Source of the DNA: Nemertoderma westbladi
Taxonomy: Eukaryota > Animalia > Xenacoelomorpha
Length of the DNA: 55,448 nt
Direction: 5' to 3'
Assembly: GCA_032718475.1 (NCBI GenBank)
Contig: JAUCBJ010001747.1
Location: 1-55,448 of the forward strand
Below the pieces are notes generated by a model that made no database searches, was not told the DNA's origin, and saw only the letters and a program-made list of their open reading frames with translations. Each line of letters starts with the position of its first letter. Position 1 is the first letter of the stretch. The translations under genes and the position numbers were made by a program. This document shows, piece after piece, positions 35,932-47,738 of this stretch.

Positions 35932-37119
35932 TGTAAAAGCTTTTGCTGAATTGTCCGGTTATTTTTCCTTATTTTTCCCGTAAAATACTCTGTAGTTGGT
36001 TTACCAGGCATAAAAAGGCCGTGTCCTTGCTGTACTGGTGTTTTAGCGGACATAAAAGCTATTTCTTCTGTATTTGTACTTTAGAGGACATAATCCGTAA
36101 TTCCGTGACGTAAAAGCTCGATACTCTTGAAAACAGTGTCGCTACCATGACGACGGCTAGCAGCTGATATTGCCACGTCGACGTTTCTTTGTTTCTTTGT
36201 TCTCTCGTTGTTCAGGTTGACCAATCAGAGCGTTTGTTGTCTCTGTGTTAGAGGTGTATACAGAAACTCAGTAGTTCAGTGTTATGTTTTGCCCAGAGCC
36301 TAAGAACCGGCTTTTGGCACCTCCGTGTTTTCAGTTTTTAGTCCTACACTAGTAGGCTTAATTATAAGGACATATATCCGTTATCTGCATACTGCATACT
36401 GCAGTACTGCATACACTGCATACTGTGTAACACTGTGCATACTTTATATTGTTATACTGCTATTTACTGTCAGTTCTTCATAATATGGTTGATGAATTAT
36501 TATATTTGGAATAACGACAAATAACCCCGAAAACCCAATATTCTTGATATACCGAAGGTAAGAGAGAAAGGTTACAGATAAATGATTGCGACCTATGTTG
36601 AGTGGTTTGAAGTGAATCTAATGTTATTTGATAGACCCTACATGATTCGGTCCGTGTTCCTTTTATATGTGACTAAAATCATTGAAGATCGGCAGATCAG
36701 TGTGCAGTATTGTGCAGCATTGTGTATGAGTGAGACTGATAACGAAGCATTTCCTAAAGAATGCGCCATATATGTGAATTATAACTGGGCCATATCGTTG
36801 TGAGTAGTTTAAGTCATAACTCTGTTTGTATAGATAGAGCGCCACGTCCTAAAGGAACTGTTAATATTCCCCGAAGGTGAATAATATTGTCAGAGATTAT
36901 ATAATACTGTCAGTCGAATAATACATTAGGCTTACATAGCAATAAAATTAAGCCGTCGAACCCAATCTCCCGGGTATATCCAGCGGGTGAATGATCGCGC
37001 ACAGATTGGTTTCGACTAGTGTAGTGAATCAAATACTTGTTAGAGGCTAAAGCGATTTATTATCTAGAAGACATCCTAATTTGGCGGGTTAAACTGCCAA
37101 AGGTCTGAAAGCGCGAACA
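35932..37119 (+). repeat. 5' LTR of element 2 (1188 bp)
   Basis: Direct repeat of 46556-47738. Confidence 0.95.
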
Positions 37120-37188
37120 ATAACGGATATAGCTTCTTTATTGCGGTTAGCAATAAAGTTGAAAGTACCGGTCAACCGGTAAACCTGA

Positions 37189-37312
37189 ACGGTACATCTG
37201 TAGGTCAGTAGGCCCAACTGCCAGAACCGGTACTGCCGTAGGTCCGTAGGTCCAACTGCCAGAACCGGTACTTCTGTAGGTCCGTAGGCCCAACTGTCCT
37301 AACCGGTACTTC
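37189..37312 (+). repeat. ~38-bp tandem repeat (3 copies) in the leader of element 2
   Basis: cggtact.c.gtaggtccgtagg.ccaactgccagaac units. Confidence 0.8.
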
Positions 37313-39090
37313 CAGTATAAGTACATTAGTATTATTCGAATTTGATAATTATATACCGGTAGGTCTTAGTACTTAATCAGGGAACGGCCGCCCTGGTTTT
37401 TTATTGAGATTTTTACTTATTTCTGTCAAGTTTTATTTGTTTGTAGGCCAGTATTGAACAGAAGGCGTGTAAGCCTGATCAGATTGTACAGACAAGTTGT
37501 AGGCTGAGCTGTTGTCTGATTGCTGTTAAGTCTGAACGGATTGCAGTGTGTAGGTCACCTGTCCGATAAAGAACGGTTGGGAAGTAGGGGTAGCCATTGC
37601 TGTAAAGTAAACCCCCAATTAAAGAATAAGTCGTACTACTGGGTTAGAACGCATACTACCTAACTATTTCGGAGTCTGCATGTCCTGTAATTTATTTAGG
37701 CTTGATAGTAGTCTGTCAGTATTTGGTCTGCATTTTGTTTGAGTGGTTTGTACGCGTAGTGCAATATTTATTATTCAGAGTTTATGCGATTATCCGCAAC
37801 ATTCATTCCCCAAGTTTGTTCCTACAATAATTGTGTTTGTTATACATACCGCTATAGTTAAATTAACCTCGGTACTACACGGGCTGCTTGGCGTAGGTAA
37901 AGACTGGTGATTTTGTGCATCAGTCACTCCAGCAGATGCCGTGGTTCTTTTAGCTGTTCAAGTATATTTAACTACTGATTATATGTTGCACAAGTACTCG
38001 TACCTAATTTAGGGTTTAGTGTACAGTGCTTTCCGAAAGTAATTAGTGTAGGCATTATATTTGTGTTGTAAAGTGGTTGATAGGCACATTCGATTAGCTC
38101 TATTAACTTCTAGGTAGGAACACTCCGTGATACATAACGTAGAACCTATAGCGATACGGTTATAGGTCGTCAGGCGGTGGTATTTTTCCTATCTGGACAA
38201 TGCAGTGTATTTACTACCGCGTATTATTTTCAAATACCGCAGTACCCTGTCCGTTGTAATAACCAGATTTCTAACCCTTTGTTAGGCTGGTTGTAGACTT
38301 CTTGTAAAATTACCCTAAAAATTCGTATTTTGTGTTTTTTGTAAATTTTTGTGTTTATTTAGAGATTGTAATCTCAACCCGAATCGTACGTAATTTGTAG
38401 TATTAAGTAACTTAGGTAAATTAGTATTATTTGTTTTAGTGTCCTATAAGTAACACTTCACTGAAAGCGCACCGCTTTGTGTAGTGATTACTCCCCAGAA
38501 ATAATAACATTTATTTCAAACATCGACAAAACCCATTAAAACGGGTATATATATATTATAAATCAACTCAAACGATTTATAAATAATAGGCCTGCCATAT
38601 AACAATTAGGTCTCAATATCAGTTGGACTACTGCTTAAATAACAGTAATAAAGTAAGTTAAAGTAACCAAGTAACCCTTAAAATTCAGAAATTCAATTAT
38701 TTAAAATAATTGATATACCGGTATTTAAGATAGGCCTATTAGCTTTATTTCTATAAATTTAGGCTGAAATTATACCGGTACTTGTAATTAATTCTAGTCC
38801 AGAATTATATATACTACAAACTGTAAGCTGTATACCGGTATTTCCGATAGGCCTATTATATATTTATATATATTTGTGCTAAAATTATATGCCGGTTTCT
38901 GTAAAAAACCTAGTCTGTAATAATACTTATATATACTATAAGCATACCGGTATTCTAATATATTATATATATATCACGCTACACTGAGTAGCAGTATCGG
39001 TAATTAATTACTAGGCTAGCAGTTAATGCTGAATTACTAGACTTGCTTAGACTGTAATATAGCAGTAGGCATTCAACTGTACAATCAAAC

Positions 39091-42000
39091 ATGTCTGACT
39101 CACCACAAACATTGTCAGATAGCCTCTTAGAAAGTGCTAGAATGAGTGTTAGACAGGGTCTTAAAAAGATCTGGGACTCAGCTAAGAGTATAGAGCGCCT
39201 GAGACCAAAGTCCAAGTCCCCTCCTACTGTAAGCAAGGCCATCCCTACAGTATTAATAACAGAACCGAGGCTGGTCCAACATCGTAGGTCTATCATAGGC
39301 ACTCGACCTCAGGTCAAGCGAGACCAAGAAGCAGCGGAACAGCAACAACCCGCGAGCCAGGAACTTGTTTCTCAGCGGTCCGACAGCTCCAGTAGTTCGG
39401 ATACTGTTGAGCGGACGCCCGAGCGCGGAGCGAAGATGGCGGATAAGGTTTATGATGAGCGGACAACCTATGAAGAATCAACCGACGCCACTTCTTCTCA
39501 AGTAGAAAGCGAAGCGACGGCAGAGAAACCGCATAAGAGGGATGCCATTGACATCTATCTGTCAGACTATCAACGTTTTTTAGGTGATGACGAGTTGAGG
39601 AGAAGGTTAGAGGGACTTAGCCCTAATAGTGAAGGAACCAAGCTTGTGTTGGATGCCATCGATGCGGAAATGTTAGCGGCGAACCAAGCTAAATTCGATG
39701 AACAACTCCGCATCGCTAGAGAACAAGAAGAACAAGTAAAGAAAAAACGTATAGAAGATAGAAAGACAGCGGCAGTGGCAGCAGCAGTGGCAGCGGCAGA
39801 AGCCGAAAGAAAAGCGGCACTGGCAATAGCAGAGGCAGCGGCAGAAACCGAAAGAAAAGCGGCACTGGCAAAAGCAGAGGCAGCGGCAGAAACCGAAAGA
39901 AAAGCGGCACTGGCAATAGCAGAGGCAGTGGTAGAAGCAGAACGCAGGGCATCTGAAGAGGCAACCCAACTAGAGTTAGAAATTCTTCAAGAGAAGCAAG
40001 ACAACTTCAATAAACAGTTAATAGCGAGCAATAGGCAGATGATGAGTCGATCTACTCCCAAGAGACAGGGGTATACATCATCTGAGGAAGGCGATACCAC
40101 CGACACTGAAGGCGGAGGAAATCGATCTCGCCTAAGCAGACGTAAAAGAACATTCCACCGTCAGAAATTGCCTGATTTGCCTCCAGCTGTTAGAAGGCAA
40201 CTAAATAACACCAAAGTAGGTAGTACAGAACCCACAGACCAAATATTTACAATAGAGAGACTCCCTACTATAGTAGATGAGCCTGAAATAATTAGGCCTG
40301 TTCCCGAAGCTACCCTTTCGGTCGTAGAGACACCTGTACTCCCTGAACCTACTTCTCAATTCCCTTTGCACAGCACTAAGCTACCTGTGCCCAGCAGAAC
40401 AGTCCATGAGACAGTGCATACCCTGGACTCCGAGCGAAATATTCCAGATTTGTCGCCCGTTGTCCCTCGTCTGCCCGCTACAACGTTGGCGACTCCCGCT
40501 TCGGCGGTCGAATGGGTGGACGAGAGACGACGGGGGATGGATCTCCTGCTCGGGCAGATGCAGGAGACTGTCCAACAATTCAAGGGCACAGTAAGGGAAA
40601 GTAGACTAGAGTTGCAAGAAGTGCAGCAAAATATCGCGCTAGAACGTGATAAATTAGTAAATTTACAAAAGGGTATACCACCACCCCTTGTAACAATGTG
40701 TCAACCTGTTAGGTCTGAAGTATCTCATGCGCAAGGTGTGGAGCCTACACGCATCTATACTGCTAGCGAAGTAGAAACTCCTATAGTGAACCCTATTAAG
40801 GGTAATTATAAACCTGTTGATAATGATATTCCCTATAGACCGGATCATAATCCGAGAAATTTATATACCGATAACTCGATATTAAATAACACGATGGCCC
40901 AAGAAAGTTTTACGCGTCAAATGGCTAGAACCGAAGCCCGGCAAGCGGTAAAGGTGGGAGAGATCGTCAAGTTCAATGGAGATGAGATGAAATGGTTACC
41001 TTTTAATGAATATTACAAAGATAACATACAGAACTCTGTACTATCTAATGGAGAAAAACTTAGATACCTCATCGAGTGCTTGGAAGGATCTCCCAAGTTA
41101 ATGGCGTTAAAATTTATTGGACATCCAGATGGATTAAGACAAGTTTGGGATACACTAAACATCAGGTATGGTAATAGGACTAACATAGCTAGGTATTTAT
41201 ATGCGAAATTAATGGCGCCCCGAAAGTTTCTTAGCAGCGGGATTATAGAGTTTTCCGATGAGATTCAGGAGATCTGTAGACAACTAGATTGGTTAGGTAA
41301 GTCTCATGAATACCAGAATTCTATGGTTGTAGGAGCCTTAGCATCTACTTTGCCCAAGGGTGGAGTAGGTACACCCTTGGGCAAGAAGGTGTTATATATG
41401 ATGGAACAACAACGACGAGACCCTACCATGACGGATCTCATGTCATTCTTAGATAGAGAAGTGAAATTACAGCTCCTAAGGCAGTCCAGAGAGAAGACAT
41501 TGGAAAACAAGGTAAGTGAGAAACCCGTTTCTAGGAGAAGGGTAACACCAGTATGTTATACCGACGATGGTGAAAGCCAAACTTCTCAAGGAGAGGACAG
41601 CGGGAAAGACACTGACAGATCTTATTATGTCAATAAAATGCCTAAAGATCAGGTAAGTAAATCCGAGTCTCGACCCAATGACAGAAGGGAACCGGTACAA
41701 AAAACCCTTCCTACGTCTCCTAAAAGAATTCAGGTGAGAAAGCCCGAGGAAAGAACAAGTGTGCACCACATAGCACAGGTTAAAGTAAGTAACATCAAGC
41801 CGAAATGTGTTCTGTGCGACGGGCCCCACCGTTTAAATGCGTGTGATAAATTCCTGAGGAAATCACTAAAGGATAGACGTGAAGTCATGTGGGATAAGCG
41901 GTTGTGTTATAATTGCCTCAGACGAGGACACCAACGGCGAACCTGTTACTCCGACGCAAGGTGTGCAAAGTGCGGCGCAAAACATCATATCTTGTTGCAC

Positions 42001-43545
42001 ACGGAATTCGAACGAAACAGCCCGAGTCAGGTAAGTGAGTCCGAACTACATGTCCAATTCAGTGATGTGAACGACACTGATCAATCTGAGATGGAAGGAT
42101 TCTATACGGACGAGTTCTCCGACGAAAACGAATCCTGTTACTTAATAAACACCACCGCAGTGTATCGAGCACTCATGTATGAGAAAGACACAGACAGCGA
42201 CCTCACCCTAACTACTTCAGATCAACAACCATCTTGGAAAGCGCCAACTTCCAATGTAGGAATCCGAGAATTTCCTGTAGTCCAGTTACGGGTCCACGGA
42301 CCTCAGAAGAGCTATATAGTGAACGCCCTCCTGGACTCCGGTAGCACAGGAACATTCATCGATAAAGAACTAGCCGAAGTCATCTTTGCTGGACAACCCA
42401 AGTTCCGAACCAAGCTAAACATGTCAGGGATCATGCAGGTTTGGAATTCTACTGTAGCTGCCGACTATTATATAGGTGAGTTGTCCACTCCACAGGATAA
42501 ACTAGGAGAATACAGTATAAGGTCAGTAAAAATGGTGGCAATAAAGAACTTCGCTACCACCCAAGTGGAACCTTATAATTGGGACGAAGATGATCATGCC
42601 CAACAACTTAACATCCCTAGATTCGACACCGATTATCCTGGAGTACAAATATTAATCGGTCAAAACGCGCATGAGGCGCTGGAGACATTAGAGAAACGAC
42701 CTACTCAACCGCAACCACTTCAGACCTATGCGGTAAGAACTAGAGTAGGTTGGTACCTTACTGGACCTTCCCGTAGAACGCTCAGAGAAAGACTGCTTCA
42801 AGATCGCGTCTGCCAGGTGAGTGAATGGGAAGATGATACTAGTGAGGGAGACGACCCAACTGAGGGAACACCACACTCCTCAGATAATGACAATCTTAGC
42901 TCCAATGTAGATCAATGGAGATATTGCCCCAAGAAGTTTAATCCAACTGACATCGCTTCCAGAGGAGCAAGTCCTCAAGAACTGACAGATACTATAGACC
43001 GGTTAGGTGAACCCGACTTTCTGAGTAAGGAGAATGAATGGCCTCCCCATCTTACTCCGACTGAGATTAGACCAGCCAAGGGAGCGGAGAAAGTCGAACC
43101 TGAAACCCGGACGGGTGGAGCGGAGTTATTTGAACCCGGGATAGATCTGTCGGTATTACATATTGCCAGGGACGACGCCATGGATCTGGACCTCCCCACC
43201 GCGAGTGGATCCTTCATGAAGATCAGAGAGAGCGATTGGAGCTCTGGAACATCAGACGTCTCGCAGGGACTCTCACCTCTCCTGCAGAGAGCGACGGACC
43301 ACTATAGCTCCTGGAATCGGCTTTGTGACGCCGTCATATACTTTGAGCGATGTTTCTATCGTCACTATTCCAGGACGAAGAGGAAACCTGGAATTGTATT
43401 CAGGATGCAGCGACTCAATCACCCAGTCGGTCGTTTGTGTTTACCGGAAGGGAATGGAGGATTCTCCGGAAACTGTGGAAGGCAAGATTCTCTTCCCACG
43501 ACCACCTCCCTAATCCTTCAAACATCTAGGGACTCCATAACGTAA
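39091..43545 (+). CDS. BEL/Pao Gag-aspartic protease polyprotein (1484 aa) lacking RT, most of RNase H and integrase
   Basis: KFNGDEMKWLPF Gag motif, three BEL knuckles, ALLDSGS protease, then QWRYCP..FNPTDIASRG...GEPDFL...WP and YSSWNRL; no YxDD and no integrase motifs seen. Confidence 0.92.
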   Translation: MSDSPQTLSDSLLESARMSVRQGLKKIWDSAKSIERLRPKSKSPPTVSKAIPTVLITEPRLVQHRRSIIGTRPQVKRDQEAAEQQQPASQELVSQRSDSSSSSDTVERTPERGAKMADKVYDERTTYEESTDATSSQVESEATAEKPHKRDAIDIYLSDYQRFLGDDELRRRLEGLSPNSEGTKLVLDAIDAEMLAANQAKFDEQLRIAREQEEQVKKKRIEDRKTAAVAAAVAAAEAERKAALAIAEAAAETERKAALAKAEAAAETERKAALAIAEAVVEAERRASEEATQLELEILQEKQDNFNKQLIASNRQMMSRSTPKRQGYTSSEEGDTTDTEGGGNRSRLSRRKRTFHRQKLPDLPPAVRRQLNNTKVGSTEPTDQIFTIERLPTIVDEPEIIRPVPEATLSVVETPVLPEPTSQFPLHSTKLPVPSRTVHETVHTLDSERNIPDLSPVVPRLPATTLATPASAVEWVDERRRGMDLLLGQMQETVQQFKGTVRESRLELQEVQQNIALERDKLVNLQKGIPPPLVTMCQPVRSEVSHAQGVEPTRIYTASEVETPIVNPIKGNYKPVDNDIPYRPDHNPRNLYTDNSILNNTMAQESFTRQMARTEARQAVKVGEIVKFNGDEMKWLPFNEYYKDNIQNSVLSNGEKLRYLIECLEGSPKLMALKFIGHPDGLRQVWDTLNIRYGNRTNIARYLYAKLMAPRKFLSSGIIEFSDEIQEICRQLDWLGKSHEYQNSMVVGALASTLPKGGVGTPLGKKVLYMMEQQRRDPTMTDLMSFLDREVKLQLLRQSREKTLENKVSEKPVSRRRVTPVCYTDDGESQTSQGEDSGKDTDRSYYVNKMPKDQVSKSESRPNDRREPVQKTLPTSPKRIQVRKPEERTSVHHIAQVKVSNIKPKCVLCDGPHRLNACDKFLRKSLKDRREVMWDKRLCYNCLRRGHQRRTCYSDARCAKCGAKHHILLHTEFERNSPSQVSESELHVQFSDVNDTDQSEMEGFYTDEFSDENESCYLINTTAVYRALMYEKDTDSDLTLTTSDQQPSWKAPTSNVGIREFPVVQLRVHGPQKSYIVNALLDSGSTGTFIDKELAEVIFAGQPKFRTKLNMSGIMQVWNSTVAADYYIGELSTPQDKLGEYSIRSVKMVAIKNFATTQVEPYNWDEDDHAQQLNIPRFDTDYPGVQILIGQNAHEALETLEKRPTQPQPLQTYAVRTRVGWYLTGPSRRTLRERLLQDRVCQVSEWEDDTSEGDDPTEGTPHSSDNDNLSSNVDQWRYCPKKFNPTDIASRGASPQELTDTIDRLGEPDFLSKENEWPPHLTPTEIRPAKGAEKVEPETRTGGAELFEPGIDLSVLHIARDDAMDLDLPTASGSFMKIRESDWSSGTSDVSQGLSPLLQRATDHYSSWNRLCDAVIYFERCFYRHYSRTKRKPGIVFRMQRLNHPVGRLCLPEGNGGFSGNCGRQDSLPTTTSLILQTSRDSIT

Positions 43546-45191
43546 CAACATATGGAGTGGGTGTGTGACTCTATTATTTTATATTATTTTATTATTTTTA
43601 TATTTCTGTATGTATTACTATGTAATTTTATTATAATCGTTTTATTTAATTTAGTAGAATATTATTTAGCGATTATTTTGTAGAATAGTGCAATATGTTC
43701 GTGTTTATTACGTACGTAACCACTTATATTATATTTAGTGCGACGGCGAAGAAATAATTCTTTTTCTCTTTCCTTACTGCTCCGTATTCTATTATAAATA
43801 CGTGACTACAGTAAGATGAAATGTCCGTACTTATTAAAGTACAATAAAGCCACTACTATATTTAAGTATTATTGGTAGGCAGAGTATTAGGAATGCAAAG
43901 TTCAGATCCTCGTGTCTCGGCTAAACCAAGCTCTGGGTAGACCTTGGAAACGACTTGCCTCTTCACACTGACATTGCTTCGTGCGATATTGCTCTCATAC
44001 CGTATATTAAATAATACATATAGTAGCGTGATGTCCCTTTAACAGTAGCGTATAACGCAAAATAAATCTGTTAAACCCTTTGACCATCTGTAATTCTAGT
44101 CGATTAAGATATCGCGGCACCCACCGATATACTTGAAAGACAAATTCTAGAATCAGTGGTTAACGTCCCCAGACAAGTTCTGGAATAAATCGGTGCCCAT
44201 CTCAAATATTAATTATTTAATATTTGCAAATCTAATAAATCAAAATCTGTAAAATTCAGATCCTTCAACAATTCTAGTCAATTAAGATATCGTAGCATTT
44301 ACCGATATTCTTAAAAAGACAATTGTCATAGAATTAAGGATCTTGTGTCCCCAGACATGTTCTAGAATCAAAATATGTCCATTTAATTATCAAATAATAA
44401 AATTTCAGGGAATAATTTAAATTCATGCCTTTTAATGAATTTAATAAATTGCCATTTTTACGCAATTTATAACATTCCCAAAATTCCATTAATTAATAGA
44501 TCAAGGGAGCGGAGATTTATCTTATTATGCCTATGAGTGTGCGAAAGTCTCCCAAACATAGTCAATAGCCGATAAAATTCATAAAGTCATGTATAAAACC
44601 GAACATTGACTATTAAAGAATACTATTAAATAACATCCCAGATCTGTATGCATTGGAATTACCCTAATTCTACCGCTAGCTTTGCATAATGTCACCATAG
44701 CAACAACCACGCTAGAATTAGAATTGAGTTAAACGAACAATAGAAAGCTTGTCCCATTGAATAGCATAGGGAATAAATAGCGCACTACTAGTATCCAAGG
44801 ATACATAATAATACAGTGACATTCTGGAAGGCATTGACTAACGGACAAATGGCCCGAATGTGCGTAGTTGTGACCAGTTGTGTGGTATTTGTGAGTTTAT
44901 AGGTGAATGTTACTGCTAAGGTGTGTTTACAGTAGCTAGTCGCAATCGTAAAAGTAACCTAACTCTCCAAGGAAAACCTGAAGTACATCTAAGCCTTTGG
45001 GACGGACAGTTGAGTGACTTGTGCCGGTTGTCGTTGTCGTTGTGCGGCTACGTCGTTGGCGAAAGTACAGCGGCGACGACACATCGGCGCTGAGGATCTC
45101 GTACTGTCCGGGGTTGATTGGGGTAGGCAGCGACGCCCGCTCGCCTAAATATAAACTCATTATAATATGGATAAACTCATATATAGCAGAT

Positions 45192-46477
45192 ATGACGGAG
45201 TTGATAGAAGATGGTCTTGGTATCGGGGAGCGATATACTCTACTTTTACAAGCGTTTGTTGATAGCTTAATACGCGGCGACGTTAGTCCAACTGCTGCGG
45301 AGGACGATGGTCGTTATATCGAACCGCCAATGTCCCAAGAGCAGCTCACGCGTGAGTTGGACTATAGAAAATTCGCTGCTCGATATACGCAGCGTAATGG
45401 TACGTATATGGGCTTCTTAACTACTGGTCATCCTATCGATTTACACAATACGGACTATGTCGACTATATATCCTGCCCAGCGGAGTCGGAACCATAAACT
45501 GAAATTCGAATGCGAAAATTCTATTCGAAATCGACTCGAAAGAAAAGACACTAAAGAAACAAATGGACGCGGTAACTCCAACGTATATTTGGAATTCTTG
45601 ATAGAAGCATTGTAACAACAAATAAATATCACCCGCGTTTACCCTACCAGACGTGCGTCTTTGGTATTATTACGATAAATGCCCTAGACCCAACTAATAA
45701 ACGGAAAGACATAAACATCCACGTAAACCGAAACTTGTTGACGTATCACCTATGCTCACTCGGCTCGAACGATCCTGGAGTAAACCTACGATCAGAGTCC
45801 CGGAATACTCGGTCAAACCTCCTCATTCCTTAGTTGGACCTCAGACCTGCGATCCTGGTGGTGTCGCGGATCCTCGCGGACTGTATTCACTGTTCAAAGA
45901 TCTAGTGCTACCCTAACAATTAATCGGTAACACTCCGACAGTGATTTCTAGCTAGCCGCCCATCTTACCTAGCCGGATTGTGACGCGGACACCTAATATC
46001 ACTATCCAACCGTATGGTCGTCCACGTTTAACGCGATACAACCCCTCATCAAGGTGAAGGAGAGCGTTGTACGAAACGAGTTAAACGCTATTCTATAAAG
46101 ATCAAAAGGGAAACCTGCGTTTGTTCAGATAAACGTAAGTTATAACAGTAAGTCCAATCGATAAACGAATTGGCCTTATCTCAATTCGATTGGGAAATCC
46201 AGAATCTCTAAGAAGTTATCGAACTTGGACGATCCTATTCTCTGCGAGAGTTTTTGGATGAACGTATCCAGCTACGAGCGGAGGAAAATCAGCTCGAGGA
46301 GAAGCATATCGAAACGGCAGATACCTCGACCACAATCCTACACCTTCTGATGCAATCATATTGCACCCTTCACCCAGGAGTTATGGCCCTCCTAGTAAAG
46401 TGGCTCCCCCCAAAGAGAAAAAGACTCTTGCTAGCCTCAAAAAACTGCGTAAACGCCGTCTGCGTAAGAAAGACTAA
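45192..46477 (+). pseudogene. Remnant of accessory ORF2 in element 2 (N- and C-terminal parts homologous to element 1, middle not alignable by eye)
   Basis: MTELIEDGLGIGERYTL...PPMSQEQLTRELDYRK at 45192; tail SDAIILHPSPRSY...KKLRKRRLRKKD* at ~46344-46477. Confidence 0.65.
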
Positions 46478-46555
46478 CTGTTTAGAGTATCTTTATGTTT
46501 TAGAAACTGTGATTTTTATATTTTATAGACTGAAAATCCCATTTTCTGGGAGCGG

Positions 46556-47738
46556 TGTAAAAGCTTTTGCTGAATTGTCCGGTTATTTTTCCTTATTTTT
46601 CCCGTAAAATACTCTGTAGTTGGTTTACCAGGCATAAAAAGGCCGTGTCCTTGCTGTACTGGTGTTTTAGCGGACATAAAAGCTATTTCTTCTGTATTTG
46701 TACTTTAGAGGACATAATCCGTAATTCCGTGACGTAAAAGCTCGATACTCTTGAAAACAGTGTCGCTACCATGACGACGGCTAGCAGCTGATATTGCCAC
46801 GTCGACGTTTCTTTGTTTCTTTGTTCTCTCGTTGTTCAGGTTGACCAATCAGAGCGTTTGTTGTCTCTGTGTTAGAGGTGTATACAGAAACTCAGTAGTT
46901 CAGTGTTATGTTTTGCCCAGAGCCTAAGAACCGGCTTTTGGCACCTCCGTGTTTTCAGTTTTTAGTCCTACACTAGTAGGCTTAATTATAAGGACATATA
47001 TCCGTTATCTGCATACTGCATACTGCATACACTGCATACTGTGTAACACTGTGCATACTTTATATTGTTATACTGCTATTTACTGTCAGTTCTTCATAAT
47101 ATGGTTGATGAATTATTATATTTGGAATAACGACAAATAACCCCGAAAACCCAATATTCTTGATATACCGAAGGTAAGAGAGAAAGGTTACAGATAAATG
47201 ATTGTGACCTATGTTGAGTGGTTTGAAGTGAATCTAATGTTATTTGATAGACCCTACATGATTCGGTCCGTGTTCCTTTTATATGTGACTAAAATCATTG
47301 AAGATCGGCAGATCAGTGTGCAGTATTGTGCAGCATTGTGTATGAGTGAGACTGATAACGAAGCATTTCCTAAAGAATGCGCCATATATGTGAATTATAA
47401 CTGGGCCATATCGTTGTGAGTAGTTTAAGTCATAACTCTGTTTGTATAGATAGAGCGCCACGTCCTAAAGGAACTGTTAATATTCCCCGAAGGTGAATAA
47501 TATTGTCAGAGATTATATAATACTGTTGTCAGTCGAATAATACATTAGGCTTACATAGCAATAAAATTAAGCCGTCGAACCCAATCTCCCGGGTATATCC
47601 AGCGGGTGAATGATCGCGCACAGATTGGTTTCGACTAGTGTAGTGAATCAAATACTTGTTAGAGGCTAAAGCGATTTATTATCTAGAAGACATCCTAATT
47701 TGGCGGGTTAAACTGCCAAAGGTCTGAAAGCGCGAACA
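46556..47738 (+). repeat. 3' LTR of element 2 (1183 bp)
   Basis: Direct repeat of 35932-37119, preceded by gggagcgg. Confidence 0.95.

Larger units (their letters stand above)
35932..47738 (+). mobile_element. BEL/Pao LTR retrotransposon, non-autonomous, young insertion (element 2)
   Basis: LTRs 35932-37119 and 46556-47738, TG...CA, with visible differences of an 8-bp indel, a 3-bp indel and one substitution; 5-bp TSD ACCTT at 35927-35931 and 47739-47743. Confidence 0.96.

Noticed and set aside
36582-36803. Small ORF in the LTRs (also 17097-17306 and 47198-47419) with similar peptides NLMLF...AFPKEC
   Set aside because: The third LTR has several in-frame stops in the same frame, so the similarity is explained by nucleotide homology.
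36830-37119. Self-cleaving ribozyme in the LTR (retrozyme-like)
   Set aside because: I could not find a hammerhead core (CUGANGA...GAAA with matching stems) or an HDV-like fold by eye.
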